From Armatimonadota bacterium (GTDB lineage: Bacteria; Armatimonadota; SYMT01), in NCBI GenBank assembly GCA_041690135.1, contig JAWLHY010000013.1, positions 116,921-180,920 on the forward strand: a stretch of DNA of 64,000 bases, given 5' to 3'. Numbering within the stretch: the first letter of the stretch is position 1; every line of letters begins with the position of its first letter. The notes beneath the pieces were generated by a model. It had not been told where the DNA came from, did no database searches, and was given only the letters and a program-made list of their open reading frames with translations. This document shows positions 18,482-29,267 of the stretch, in pieces. The position numbers and the translations under genes are program-made.

Positions 18482-18862
18482 GGCGTTGACGAGGACCAGT
18501 AGGCGGGACCGTTGAGTCCCAGAGAGCCGTCCCCAGGCTGTGAGGACGGTACCAGCCCCCGCCGAAACTCACCTCCGAGCCGGAGCCCTGAACCCAGGAC
18601 TGCGAGTGAGGTTGTCTGAAGGCATTTCTTCTCAACTCTCACTTCTCACCTCGCACCTGTCATTAAGGGTTCCCGGGTAGCGACCGTTATCGCGCTTTTG
18701 AGTGCCGGATGGATCGAGTGACCGATCCGACTGCGAAGCCATGGGCTCAGAGCCCGGAGGACCTTCGCCATCGGATAGGTCCGGGTGACCACCGGAACCA
18801 GGGTGGTACCGCGAAGGCCAGGCCTCTCGTCCCTCGGATGGATGAGGGGTTTTTGTGTTTTT
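18482..18862 (+). ncRNA. T-box riboswitch, Leu (CUC) specifier, with intrinsic terminator
   Basis: AGTA, CAGAGAG and GCTGTGA boxes in stem I; GAAA-CTC-A specifier at 18568-18570; CCGTTA box; T-box AACCAGGGTGGTACCGCG at 18796-18813; TCGTCCC; terminator ending GAGGGGTTTTTGTGTTTTT. Confidence 0.9.
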
Positions 18863-18898
18863 GGGCCATAAGAGCTGAGTGAGGGAAGGCGGCACGCG

Positions 18899-20590
18899 AT
18901 GAAGATGACAGGCAGTAAGGCGATCCTCGAACAGTTGAAGCTCCACGGGGTGCAGGTGATGTTCGGCTACCCCGGCGGAGCGGTCATTCCTCTTTACGAT
19001 GCGATCTACGAAGAGGAAGAGATCCGCCACGTCCTGGTCCGCCACGAGCAGGGGGCGGGTCACATGGCGGAAGGGTACGCCAAGGTAACGGGTAAGGTCG
19101 GCGTATGTATCGCCACCTCCGGTCCGGGCGCCACCAACCTGGTTACCCCCATCGCCGACGCCTACATGGACAACGTCCCGATCGTCGCCATTACGGGGCA
19201 GGTCTCGACCTGGGCCATCGGCACCGACGCGTTCCAGGAGTCGGACATCACCGGCATCACCATGCCGATTACGAAGCACAACCGCCTCCTGAAGCGGGTG
19301 GAGGAGATCCCCGAAGCGATCGCCGAGGCGTTCTACATCGCCTCGACCGGCCGCCCGGGCCCGGTGCTCGTAGATATCCCGCGCGACCTTCAGGTGGCCG
19401 AGATCGACTACCGCCCGGTGAGCCACCTCGACCTCCGCAGCTACAAGCCGACCTACAAGGGGCATCCGCTCCAGATCGTGAAGGCGGCGAAGGCGATCGA
19501 AGAGGCCAAGCACCCGGTGCTGTATCTGGGCGGCGGCTGCGTCTATTCCGGAGCTCAAAAGGAGCTGACGGAGCTGATGGAGCGGGCCAGTATCATGGCC
19601 ACGAACACCCTCCTCGGCAAGGGCGCCGTGCCGGAAACGCACGAGCTCTCCCTCGGCATGCTGGGCATGCACGGCTCCGAATATGCGAACTATGCCGTTC
19701 ATCACTGCGACCTCCTCATCGCGGTGGGCGCCCGCTTCGACGACCGCGTGACCGGGAAGCTGGAGGCCTTCGCACCGAACGCGAAGGTGATCCACATCGA
19801 CATCGATCCCGCGGAGATCAGCAAGAACATCCAGGCGCACATCCCCATCGTCGGAGACGCCAAGCTGGTGCTGCAGGAACTGCTGAAGCACGTGAAGCCG
19901 CGCCCGCAGGACGCCTGGACGCAGGAGCTGAAGGACCGGCGCGCACAGTACCCCTATCGCTACCAGCAGGGTGGCGCGGAGCTGTCGCCGCAGTGGGTGC
20001 TGGAGCAGGTGTACAAGCACACGCGCGGCGAGGCGATCGTGGCGACGGACGTGGGACAGCACCAGATGTGGGCCGCCCAGTACTACCCGTGCGATTACGA
20101 GCGCCAGTGGGTGACCTCGGGCGGTCTTGGGACCATGGGCTTCGGCCTCCCGGCCGCGATCGGCGCGAAGCTCGGTCGGCCGGATAAGGACGTGTGGCTC
20201 GTCACCGGCGACGGCAGCTTCCAGATGACACTGAAGGAGTTGATGACGGCCGCCGCGGAAGGCGTCTGCGTGAAGGTGGTCATCCTCAACAACCGCAGCC
20301 TGGGTATGGTCCGGCAGTGGCAGCAGCTCTTCTGGCAGAACCGCTACAGTGCCGTGGACCTGGGCGATTATCCGGACTTCGTCCGGTTGGCCGAGGCCTA
20401 CGGCTGCATTGGTATGCGGGTCACCAGCCCCGAAGATCTGGCCGATGCCCTGGACCAGAGCGACCGCGTGAAGAACGTGCCGATGGTGATCGACGTGCGG
20501 GTGGCCGCCCAGGAAAACGTCTACCCGATGATCCCCTCGGGCCAGACCTACAACGACCTGGTGCTCGGCCCCACGCAACCAGCCGAGTAG
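18899..20590 (+). CDS. ilvB: Acetolactate synthase large subunit
   Basis: [47 protein letters not shown]. Confidence 0.97.
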   Translation: MKMTGSKAILEQLKLHGVQVMFGYPGGAVIPLYDAIYEEEEIRHVLVRHEQGAGHMAEGYAKVTGKVGVCIATSGPGATNLVTPIADAYMDNVPIVAITGQVSTWAIGTDAFQESDITGITMPITKHNRLLKRVEEIPEAIAEAFYIASTGRPGPVLVDIPRDLQVAEIDYRPVSHLDLRSYKPTYKGHPLQIVKAAKAIEEAKHPVLYLGGGCVYSGAQKELTELMERASIMATNTLLGKGAVPETHELSLGMLGMHGSEYANYAVHHCDLLIAVGARFDDRVTGKLEAFAPNAKVIHIDIDPAEISKNIQAHIPIVGDAKLVLQELLKHVKPRPQDAWTQELKDRRAQYPYRYQQGGAELSPQWVLEQVYKHTRGEAIVATDVGQHQMWAAQYYPCDYERQWVTSGGLGTMGFGLPAAIGAKLGRPDKDVWLVTGDGSFQMTLKELMTAAAEGVCVKVVILNNRSLGMVRQWQQLFWQNRYSAVDLGDYPDFVRLAEAYGCIGMRVTSPEDLADALDQSDRVKNVPMVIDVRVAAQENVYPMIPSGQTYNDLVLGPTQPAE

Positions 20591-20612
20591 TTCGTAGTTC
20601 AGTTCAGGTTCA

Positions 20613-20693
20613 AAGTTGAAAGTTGGCAGGTTGAAGGTGGAAGGTTGCCGAGCCGACCAGCCAACTTTCAACCTTCAACTTTCCACCTTCAAC
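20613..20693. repeat. Inverted heptamer (TTGAA(A/G)G) array forming a hairpin between ilvB and ilvN
   Basis: AAGTTGAAAGTTGGCAGGTTGAAGGTGGAAGGTTG ... CAACTTTCAACCTTCAACTTTCCACCTTCAACC. Confidence 0.7.
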
Positions 20694-20739
20694 CCTGTCC
20701 CCGGTGTGGTACAGGGACAAAGATCGAGAATTAAACAAG

Positions 20740-21246
20740 GTGCAGCATACAATCACCGCACTGGTTGAAAACACACCCGGCGTGCTGGCGCGGGTGGCCG
20801 GCCTCTTTTCCCGCCGTGGCTTTAACATCGAGTCGCTGGCGGTGAGCATCACCGAAGATCCTAACGTATCGCGCATGACGATCGTGGTGGGTGGGGATGA
20901 CCGCGCGCTTGAGCAGATCGAGAAGCAGCTCAACAAGCTGATCGAGGTCATCAAGGTCTACGACTACGCGGAGACTGCTTCCGTCGAGCGCGAACTGGCG
21001 CTCATCAAGGTGACGGCGGGGCCGGACAAGCGCGCCGAGATCATGCAGATCATCGACATCTTCCGCGGCAAGATCATCGACGTGAGCGAGCGCACGCTGA
21101 CCCTGGAAGTTACGGGCCAGCCGGACAAGATCAGCGCCCTTCAGGGCCTGCTCACCCCTTATGGGATCAAGGAGCTGGTCCGGACCGGCAAGATCGCCCT
21201 GTCGCGAGGAGCGCGCTCCGCGGCGGAGATGAAGGGCAGCCAGTAA
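20740..21246 (+). CDS. ilvN: Acetolactate synthase small (regulatory ACT) subunit
   Basis: VENTPGVLARVAGLFSRRGFNIESLAV, ERELALIKV, ELVRTG; GTG start at 20740. Confidence 0.96.
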   Translation: MQHTITALVENTPGVLARVAGLFSRRGFNIESLAVSITEDPNVSRMTIVVGGDDRALEQIEKQLNKLIEVIKVYDYAETASVERELALIKVTAGPDKRAEIMQIIDIFRGKIIDVSERTLTLEVTGQPDKISALQGLLTPYGIKELVRTGKIALSRGARSAAEMKGSQ

Positions 21247-21250
21247 GCCT

Positions 21251-21364
21251 CCTGATTAGCAAATGCGACACCTGCGGCGAAGTACTTCGAGCGGGACGCG
21301 AATGACACGCTGGCGGCTGCCGAGAAGTTGATCGAGGCGGCGCGAGCCGCGATGCTGGAGTGGG

Positions 21365-21381
<17 letters not shown>
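21251..21381 (+). pseudogene. Possible C-terminal remnant of a HEPN-domain gene
   Basis: Frame from 21256 reads LANATPAAKYFERDANDTLAAAEKLIEAARAAMLEWDERSA*, preceded out of frame by CCT GAT (PD); no start codon. Confidence 0.4.
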
Positions 21382-22782
<1,401 letters not shown>

Positions 22783-22836
22783 GATGGGTTGCGGGCATGG
22801 AGAGGCACTGGACCGCCCCTCCATGCCTCTCCTCCT

Positions 22837-23418
22837 ATGGATTTCACGGAGACGCAGATGGAAGCAGCTGCTCGGGACCCTCTACTTACCGCCGAGGAGT
22901 TCTGGGACGTCTGCGCCCACCTGGACGTTGACGCGGAACTGGTCGACGGAAGGGTCCGCACCATGGCTCCCACAGGACCCGAGCATGGACGGGTGGACCG
23001 CAAGCTGGTGATCCCGCTGGGCTCCTTTGTGGAGCAACATGGGCTCGGAGAAGTTTTCCTGAGTACGGACTTCATTCTCCGGCGCAACCCGGATGTGACC
23101 CGCGGTCCGGATCAAGCCTTTGTATCCGCCCGGCGCATGGCGGAAAACCCGCCGCCCGAGCGCGGCTTCTGGGAGTTGGTGCCGGACCTGGTAGTGGAGA
23201 TCGTCTCTCCCAACGATACGGCGGTCGAAGTCAACGAGAAGGTCGGCGATTATCTCGCTGCCGGGGTGCGACTCACCTGGGTGGTTCATCCCAGGCAAAG
23301 ACAGGTGCACGTTTACTATCCCTGCGGCGATGCGCGGATCCTGTTCAGTGACGGTGCGCTCGACGGCGAAGATGTCATCCCGGGGTTTCGCCTCCCGCTA
23401 CGCGATTTCTTGGGCTGA
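22837..23418 (+). CDS. Uma2 family endonuclease
   Basis: ELVDG, RGPDQAFVS, PDLVVEIVSPND, YLAAGVRLTWVVHP, IPGFRL; start approximate. Confidence 0.9.
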   Translation: MDFTETQMEAAARDPLLTAEEFWDVCAHLDVDAELVDGRVRTMAPTGPEHGRVDRKLVIPLGSFVEQHGLGEVFLSTDFILRRNPDVTRGPDQAFVSARRMAENPPPERGFWELVPDLVVEIVSPNDTAVEVNEKVGDYLAAGVRLTWVVHPRQRQVHVYYPCGDARILFSDGALDGEDVIPGFRLPLRDFLG

Positions 23419-23461
23419 GTGAGATTCCGGGTATGATCGAAATGGGGCAACGGGTTGTGAA

Positions 23462-23705
23462 GGTCATGACGAAAAGAGGAAACTCGCCGGGAAGGGCACC
23501 CGCAAGGGCAGCCGCCCGGCGCGTCCTGGAGCTGCCGGCGTCCCCCACCCGTTGATCGGGGGCCGGAGTTTGGGAGTGGAGGGAAGCGGTCGCGCCACGA
23601 CGTGATCCGGTGGTTCGAGGCCGTCTCCCCCACCCTACCGCGCTGGTCTCGCGAGGCCGCGAAACCGCGTGGTCACCGCCGGTAACGGCGGCAGTTTCCT
23701 TGACC
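23462..23705 (+). ncRNA. Candidate multibranch structured RNA in the leuA 5' leader
   Basis: Closing helices GGTCA/TGACC and AGGAAACT/AGTTTCCT; five internal stems, two capped by GNRA loops (GCAA, GTAA); ends 7 nt before the GAGG SD. Confidence 0.45.
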
Positions 23706-23721
23706 CAAGAATGAGGTTGTA

Positions 23722-25272
23722 ATGGACCGAAAGATCAGGATCTTCGATACCACGCTCCGCGACGGCGAGCAGTGCCCCGGCGCGAGCATGACGGCCGACG
23801 AGAAGATGGAAGTCGCGCGGCAGCTGGCGCGCCTGAACGTGGATGTCATCGAGGCCGGGTTCCCCATCTCGTCTCCCGGCGACTTCGAGTCCGTGCGCCA
23901 GATCGCCCGGGAAATCCACGGGCCAATCATTTGCGGCCTGGCCCGTTCCGTCGAAAAGGACATCGACCGCGCGGGTGAAGCCATCCGCGACGCGGAGCGC
24001 GGACGTATCCACACCTTTATCGCCACGTCCGACATCCATCTCCGGCACAAGCTCCGCAAGTCGCGCGAGGAAGTCCTGGAGATGGCCGTGGCGGCGGTCA
24101 AGCGCGCCCGGCAGTACACGGACGACGTGGAGTTCTCGCCCGAAGACGCGGCGCGCTCCGACCTGGACTACCTTTGCCAAGTAGTGGAAGCCGTGATCAA
24201 GGCCGGCGCCACCACGATCAATATTCCGGACACGGTCGGCTACGCCACGCCGGAGATCTACGGGAACATCTTCAGCACGCTCCTTAACAAGGTTCCCGGC
24301 GCGGAGAACGTGATCTTCTCCTGCCACTGCCACAACGACTTGGGGCTTGCGGTCGCCAACTCGCTCGCGGCCGTTCAGGCCGGCGCAGGGCAGATCGAGT
24401 GTACGATCAACGGAATCGGAGAGCGGGCCGGAAACACCTCGCTCGAGGAGGTGGTGATGGCCCTGCGCACCCGCAAGGACTACTACCACGCAGACACGCG
24501 CATCAATGCGGCGGAGATCATCCGCACGAGCCGCCTCGTCAGCCGCGTAACCGGGTTCGTCGTCCAGCCGAACAAGGCGATCGTCGGTGCCAATGCCTTC
24601 GCGCACGCAGCCGGCATCCACCAGGACGGCGTGCTCAAGGAGCAGACCACCTACGAGATCATGAAGCCGGAGGACGTGGGCCTCGACAGCAACAAGCTGG
24701 TCCTCTCCAGCCGCAGCGGTCGTCACGCGTTCAAGGTCCGGATGGAGGCGCTCGGCTTCGCCACCGAGGGTGAAGATCTGGAGCGGGCCTATCTCCGCTT
24801 CCTGGAAGTGGCCGATAAGAAGAAGGTCGTCTACGACGAAGATCTCATCGCGCTCATGGTCGAGGACGAGGGTCTCCACGACGAGGAGTACACGCTCGAG
24901 TATATGACAGTGATGACGGGCCTCGAAGGCGTTCCGACCGCGACGGTCCGCCTCAAGCGCGGCGACAAGCAGCTCATCGAAGTCGGTACCGGCGTGGGCA
25001 GTGTCGATGCCGTCTACCGCACGATCGACAAGCTGGTGCCGGTGGAGCACTCGCTCATCGACTACATCGTCAGCGCGGTGACCGGCGGCACGGACGCCCT
25101 GGCGGAAGTGACGGTGCGCCTCGGCCGCGGCGAGCAGGTCTTCACGGGCCGTAACGCCAGTCTCGACGTGATCGAAGCCAGCGCGAAGGCTTACTTGCAG
25201 GCATTGAACAAGCTGCTTTACTATGGCAGCCGGCGCAGCGAGACCGAGCGGTTGGCCGCGCACGAGGTATAG
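23722..25272 (+). CDS. leuA: 2-isopropylmalate synthase
   Basis: [44 protein letters not shown]; C-terminal regulatory domain. Confidence 0.96.
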   Translation: MDRKIRIFDTTLRDGEQCPGASMTADEKMEVARQLARLNVDVIEAGFPISSPGDFESVRQIAREIHGPIICGLARSVEKDIDRAGEAIRDAERGRIHTFIATSDIHLRHKLRKSREEVLEMAVAAVKRARQYTDDVEFSPEDAARSDLDYLCQVVEAVIKAGATTINIPDTVGYATPEIYGNIFSTLLNKVPGAENVIFSCHCHNDLGLAVANSLAAVQAGAGQIECTINGIGERAGNTSLEEVVMALRTRKDYYHADTRINAAEIIRTSRLVSRVTGFVVQPNKAIVGANAFAHAAGIHQDGVLKEQTTYEIMKPEDVGLDSNKLVLSSRSGRHAFKVRMEALGFATEGEDLERAYLRFLEVADKKKVVYDEDLIALMVEDEGLHDEEYTLEYMTVMTGLEGVPTATVRLKRGDKQLIEVGTGVGSVDAVYRTIDKLVPVEHSLIDYIVSAVTGGTDALAEVTVRLGRGEQVFTGRNASLDVIEASAKAYLQALNKLLYYGSRRSETERLAAHEV

Positions 25273-25338
25273 CGGTTTTGGATTCTGCGCCTGGGATGGG
25301 CAACTCGCCCCTCCCAGGCGTATCCGGAGCACCCGCCG

Positions 25339-25836
25339 ATGACTCTGACTATCCAACTCTCACCCGAAGAGGAGCGTCGCCTCCACGAACTTGCCGCGGA
25401 GCGGGGGCAACCGGTAGAGGACTTCGCGCATGATGTCCTCGGCCGTTTGCTTGGCAATGCGCCGATCAACCATAGTGATCCGGAGAATGGCTCGCATTCA
25501 CGTGTTGAGAGAGAATGGATCACGGCGGAAGAAGTAGCGGCGGAGTGGGATCGGATCCGGAGAAGCGGACTCAAAGCATCGTCACCGGAGTATCAGCGGC
25601 TCCTGGAGCGGGTTGGCGCCCGTGACTCATACATTTGGGAAACGTTCGGCCCACGGCTGATGGAGCGTTTCCCGGGAAAGTGGGCAGCCATTGCTCCAGG
25701 CGGTGAATTCGAGATCGCCGACAGCCAGGTCGAGGCTCTGCGCCGAGCCCGTGAGCGGTTTGGGGACGGTGGCGCCTGTGTGGTTTGCCTCACTCCCGAT
25801 CGCGGGGAATCCCGACTGAGGCCCCGTAAGGGCTGA
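25339..25836 (+). CDS. Antitoxin-like protein (N-terminal RHH-like segment, C-terminal DUF5678-like segment)
   Basis: MTLTIQLSPEEERRLHELAAERG; LMERFPGKWAAI...EALRRARERF. Confidence 0.6.
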   Translation: MTLTIQLSPEEERRLHELAAERGQPVEDFAHDVLGRLLGNAPINHSDPENGSHSRVEREWITAEEVAAEWDRIRRSGLKASSPEYQRLLERVGARDSYIWETFGPRLMERFPGKWAAIAPGGEFEIADSQVEALRRARERFGDGGACVVCLTPDRGESRLRPRKG

Positions 25837-26173
25837 CGCCGGAGTATCCGCTGGTGGAAGTTGCCGTTGTGGTCGGAAATGAGACCCTCTTCGGAGAGGC
25901 GATTCCGGACACAGGCTACGACGGGGCGATGATCATTCCCGCCGACTTGAGCGTTGAATTTCCTGGCTTCGGAGCGGCTGGAACGATCCGAGTTGCGGAC
26001 GGGTATGCCGTCACTGTGCAAACATGGAACGGGCAGGTCCACCTCGCCGACCGATGCATGAACGGGAGGTCCACTGCTTCGGCGACGAGTGGATTGTCGG
26101 CCGGAAGGTACTGGACCAGTTTGAGGTCTGTTTCCACTTCGGCAAGGAAGTGCGAATCAGATCCGCGGAGTAA
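25833..26173 (+). pseudogene. Retropepsin-like (clan AA) aspartyl protease, frameshifted
   Basis: YPLVEVAV...IPDTGYDG...VADG in one frame; the expected C-terminus GDEWIVGRKVLDQFEVCFHFG* in another frame from about 26057, stop at 26171-26173. Confidence 0.7.
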
Positions 26174-26178
26174 GAGAT

Positions 26179-27276
26179 TTGGCATCTGAGACACCGAAGA
26201 TAGCGCTCCTGCCGGGGGACGGCATTGGAGTGGAAGTGATTATCGAGGGCCGCAAGGTCCTGGAGCGGGTCGGAGAAGTCTTCGGCCGGCGCTTCGAGTT
26301 CACCGAGGCCCCGATCGGCTGGGCCGCCGTCGACGCCACGGGCAGCGCCCTCCCCGAGGAGACGGTGCGCATTTGCCGCGAGGCCGACGCGATCTACTTC
26401 GGCGCGGTGGGCGACCCGGCGCGCGACGCGACGCTGCCGCCGCGGGAGCGCCCGGAGCCGGTGGCGCTCCTGGGGCTGCGCAAAGGGCTGTACGCGAACC
26501 TGCGCCCCGCCATTCTGAACCCGGCGCTCGTCGACTCTTGCCCGCTCCGCCGCGACATCGTCGAGAAGGGCGTGGACATCCTCATCGTTCGCGAGCTGAC
26601 CGGCGGAATGTACTACGGACAACCAAAAGGGCCGACCGAAGTGGATGGAGTCCGGGGGGCCGTGGATACCATGGTCTACACCGTGCCGGAGATCGAGCGC
26701 ATTGCCCGCGTGGGCTTCGACGCCGCCCGCAAGCGGCGTGGTCGCCTTTGCTCCGTTGATAAGGCCAACATCCTCGCCTGCTCGCAGTTGTGGCGGGAGG
26801 TGGTGACCCGGATCGGCAAGGACGAGTTCCCGGACATCGCTTTGAGCCATCTCTACGTCGACAACTGCGCGATGCAGCTCATCCGGAACCCCGGTGAGTT
26901 CGACGTGATCGTGACCGAGAACACCTTCGGGGATATCCTCAGCGACGAAGCCAGCATGCTGGCGGGTTCCATGGGCCTGCTGCCGTCGGCCTGCCTGGGT
27001 GACGGCAGCGTCACGCCGTTCTACGAGCCGATCCACGGGTCCGCTCCGGACATCGCGGGCAAGGGGATCGCCAACCCGATCGCCGCGATCCTTACGGCGG
27101 CGATGATGCTGCGCTACTCGTTCGATATGCATCAGGAAGCGGACGCCATCGAGCGCGCCGTCAACGATGCACTCACGGCCGGTTACCGCACGGCCGATCT
27201 CGTGCTGCCTGGAGGTGCGCCCATCTCGACATCCGAGATGGGCAATGTCATTGCCGAACGTATAGCTGCCGCCTGA
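26179..27276 (+). CDS. leuB: 3-isopropylmalate dehydrogenase
   Basis: LPGDGIGVEV, LYANLRP, VRELTGGMYYG, SVDKAN, ENTFGDILSD, EPIHGSAPDIAG. Confidence 0.96.
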   Translation: MASETPKIALLPGDGIGVEVIIEGRKVLERVGEVFGRRFEFTEAPIGWAAVDATGSALPEETVRICREADAIYFGAVGDPARDATLPPRERPEPVALLGLRKGLYANLRPAILNPALVDSCPLRRDIVEKGVDILIVRELTGGMYYGQPKGPTEVDGVRGAVDTMVYTVPEIERIARVGFDAARKRRGRLCSVDKANILACSQLWREVVTRIGKDEFPDIALSHLYVDNCAMQLIRNPGEFDVIVTENTFGDILSDEASMLAGSMGLLPSACLGDGSVTPFYEPIHGSAPDIAGKGIANPIAAILTAAMMLRYSFDMHQEADAIERAVNDALTAGYRTADLVLPGGAPISTSEMGNVIAERIAAA

Positions 27277-27526
27277 TCGGATCGCCGGGCGGAAGGAGCG
27301 CACCCCAGTGGTGCCGAACGCATCTTCCTTCCGTCCGGACGACTCCGAGGCGGCCGGGATCCGGCTACCTGCCGCTTCGAGAGGACACCGATTGGCCCAT
27401 CGGCCCGGGATCAAGCAGAAGAGACGCGGGGGTTGGCGCCGGCCGATCCCCGCGTTCGCTTAGCCGGCGGTCCCCCACCCTCCGGGACCGCCGCCAGATC
27501 GCTTTTGGACGAGAACCGAGAATCGA

Positions 27527-29089
27527 ATGATCCAGCTATACGATACGACGCTCCGGGACGGGAGCCAGGGAGAAGGAGTCAGCTTCACCGTCCAGGACAA
27601 GTTGCGCGTGGCCCAGCGGCTTGACCAACTGGGGGTCCACTACATCGAAGGAGGATGGCCCGGGTCCAACCCAAAGGACATCGCCTTCTTTGAAGCAGCC
27701 CGGGACCTGAAGTTGTCGCAGGCGAAGATGTGCGCCTTTGGGAGCACCCGCCGCAAAGGGATGAAGGCGGCGGAAGACCCGCTCATCCTGCAGCTCGTCG
27801 ATGCCGAAACGCCCGTGATCACCATCTTCGGGAAGTCGTGGATGCTCCACGTGACCGAGGTCATCGGCGCCACCGCCGACGAGAACCTCGAGATGATCGC
27901 GGACACCGTCGGCTTCCTGAAGTCGCGCGGCCGGGAAGTCGTTTACGACGCCGAGCACTTCTTCGACGGCTACAAGGACGATCCGGAGTACGCCCTGGCC
28001 ACCCTGAAGGCCGCGGCCGGGGCCGGCGCCGACATCGTGGTGCTCTGCGATACCAACGGCGGAACGATGCCCTGGGAGATCGCCCAGATCGTGCGGCAGG
28101 TGATCGAGCAGGTCGAGGTGCCCGTCGGGATCCACACGCACAACGACTGCGAGTTGGGAGTCGCCAACAGCATCGCGGCCGTGCAGGCGGGTGCGGTCCA
28201 CGTGCAGGGGACGATGAACGGGTTCGGGGAGCGGACCGGCAACGCCAATCTCTGCTCCATCATCCCCATCCTCAAGTTGAAGATGGGCCTGGAATGCATC
28301 AGCGACACGGAGTTGGCGCGCCTCGCGGAGGTCTCTGCCTTCGTGGACGAGGCCGCCAACATGCCGCCGAACGAGCACCGGCCGTTTGTGGGCCGTTCGG
28401 CGTTCGCGCACAAAGCGGGTACCCACGCCGATGCTGTCCGCAAGAACCCGCGGGCCTGCGAGCACATGGACCCGACGCTGATTGGCAACCGCCGGCGGAT
28501 ATTGGTCTCGGAACTTTCCGGGGGCAGTACTATCGTCTGGAAGGCGGAAGACCTGGGCGTCAACCTCCAGAAGAAGTCGCCGGAGACCCGCCGCATCCTG
28601 GACAAGATCGCCCGGATGGAAGCGGACGGCTACGTGTTCGAGGGTGCCGAGGCCTCGTTCGACCTGCTGGTGAAAAAGGAGACGGGGGCCTACCAGAAGC
28701 TGTTCGACCTGGTCGGCTTCCGTGTGATCGTCGAAAAGCGGGGTCACGACAAAGAGCCGATCACCGAAGCGACCCTGAAGATCGAGGTCAACGGCCGGCA
28801 GATGCTGACCGTGGCGGAAGGCGACGGGCCCGTCCACGCCCTGGATGGCGCTTTGCGCAACGCCCTGATGCACTTCTACCCGGAGTTGAAGGACGTTCGC
28901 CTCACGGACTTTAAGGTCCGCGTGGTCGACGCCGCCGAGGGAACCGCCGCCAAGGTCCGGGTGCTGGTGGAGGGCGCCGACTCCCACGGAAGCTGGAGCA
29001 CCATCGGGGTCTCCACCAACGTGATCGAGGCCTCCTGGCAGGCCCTCGCCGACAGCGTGGAATATGCCCTGCTGAAGAGCCGCGCCTGA
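27527..29089 (+). CDS. cimA: (R)-citramalate synthase
   Basis: YDTTLRDGSQGEG, YIEGGWPGSNPKD, YDAEHFFDG, SAFAHKAG, FEGAEASFDL. Confidence 0.9.
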   Translation: MIQLYDTTLRDGSQGEGVSFTVQDKLRVAQRLDQLGVHYIEGGWPGSNPKDIAFFEAARDLKLSQAKMCAFGSTRRKGMKAAEDPLILQLVDAETPVITIFGKSWMLHVTEVIGATADENLEMIADTVGFLKSRGREVVYDAEHFFDGYKDDPEYALATLKAAAGAGADIVVLCDTNGGTMPWEIAQIVRQVIEQVEVPVGIHTHNDCELGVANSIAAVQAGAVHVQGTMNGFGERTGNANLCSIIPILKLKMGLECISDTELARLAEVSAFVDEAANMPPNEHRPFVGRSAFAHKAGTHADAVRKNPRACEHMDPTLIGNRRRILVSELSGGSTIVWKAEDLGVNLQKKSPETRRILDKIARMEADGYVFEGAEASFDLLVKKETGAYQKLFDLVGFRVIVEKRGHDKEPITEATLKIEVNGRQMLTVAEGDGPVHALDGALRNALMHFYPELKDVRLTDFKVRVVDAAEGTAAKVRVLVEGADSHGSWSTIGVSTNVIEASWQALADSVEYALLKSRA

Positions 29090-29143
29090 GCTGCGGATTG
29101 TGTTTGCCCGCTGAACACGCGGAAAAACGCGGAAATGAGGAAT

Positions 29144-29181
29144 AAGGGAGGGGTGCGGAAGTCCGCCCCCTCCCTTTTCTT
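29144..29181 (+). terminator. Intrinsic terminator after cimA
   Basis: AAGGGAGGGG-T-GCGGA / TCCGC-CCCCTCCCTT followed by TTCTT. Confidence 0.8.
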
Positions 29182-29267
29182 GTGGCACTCGGATGCAACG
29201 CCGAGGATCGTGCATTCGTCCAATGGAAGGACCACCCGTCTGTCCGGGCGCTACTAAGGGTAGGCCG

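Noticed and set aside
23476-23492. RNase P RNA (GAGGAAACTCGCCGGG resembles GAGGAAAGTCCGGG)
   Set aside because: Other universal RNase P motifs (AGTGCCACAGAAA, GGTAAAC, ACAGAA...GCTTA) are absent.
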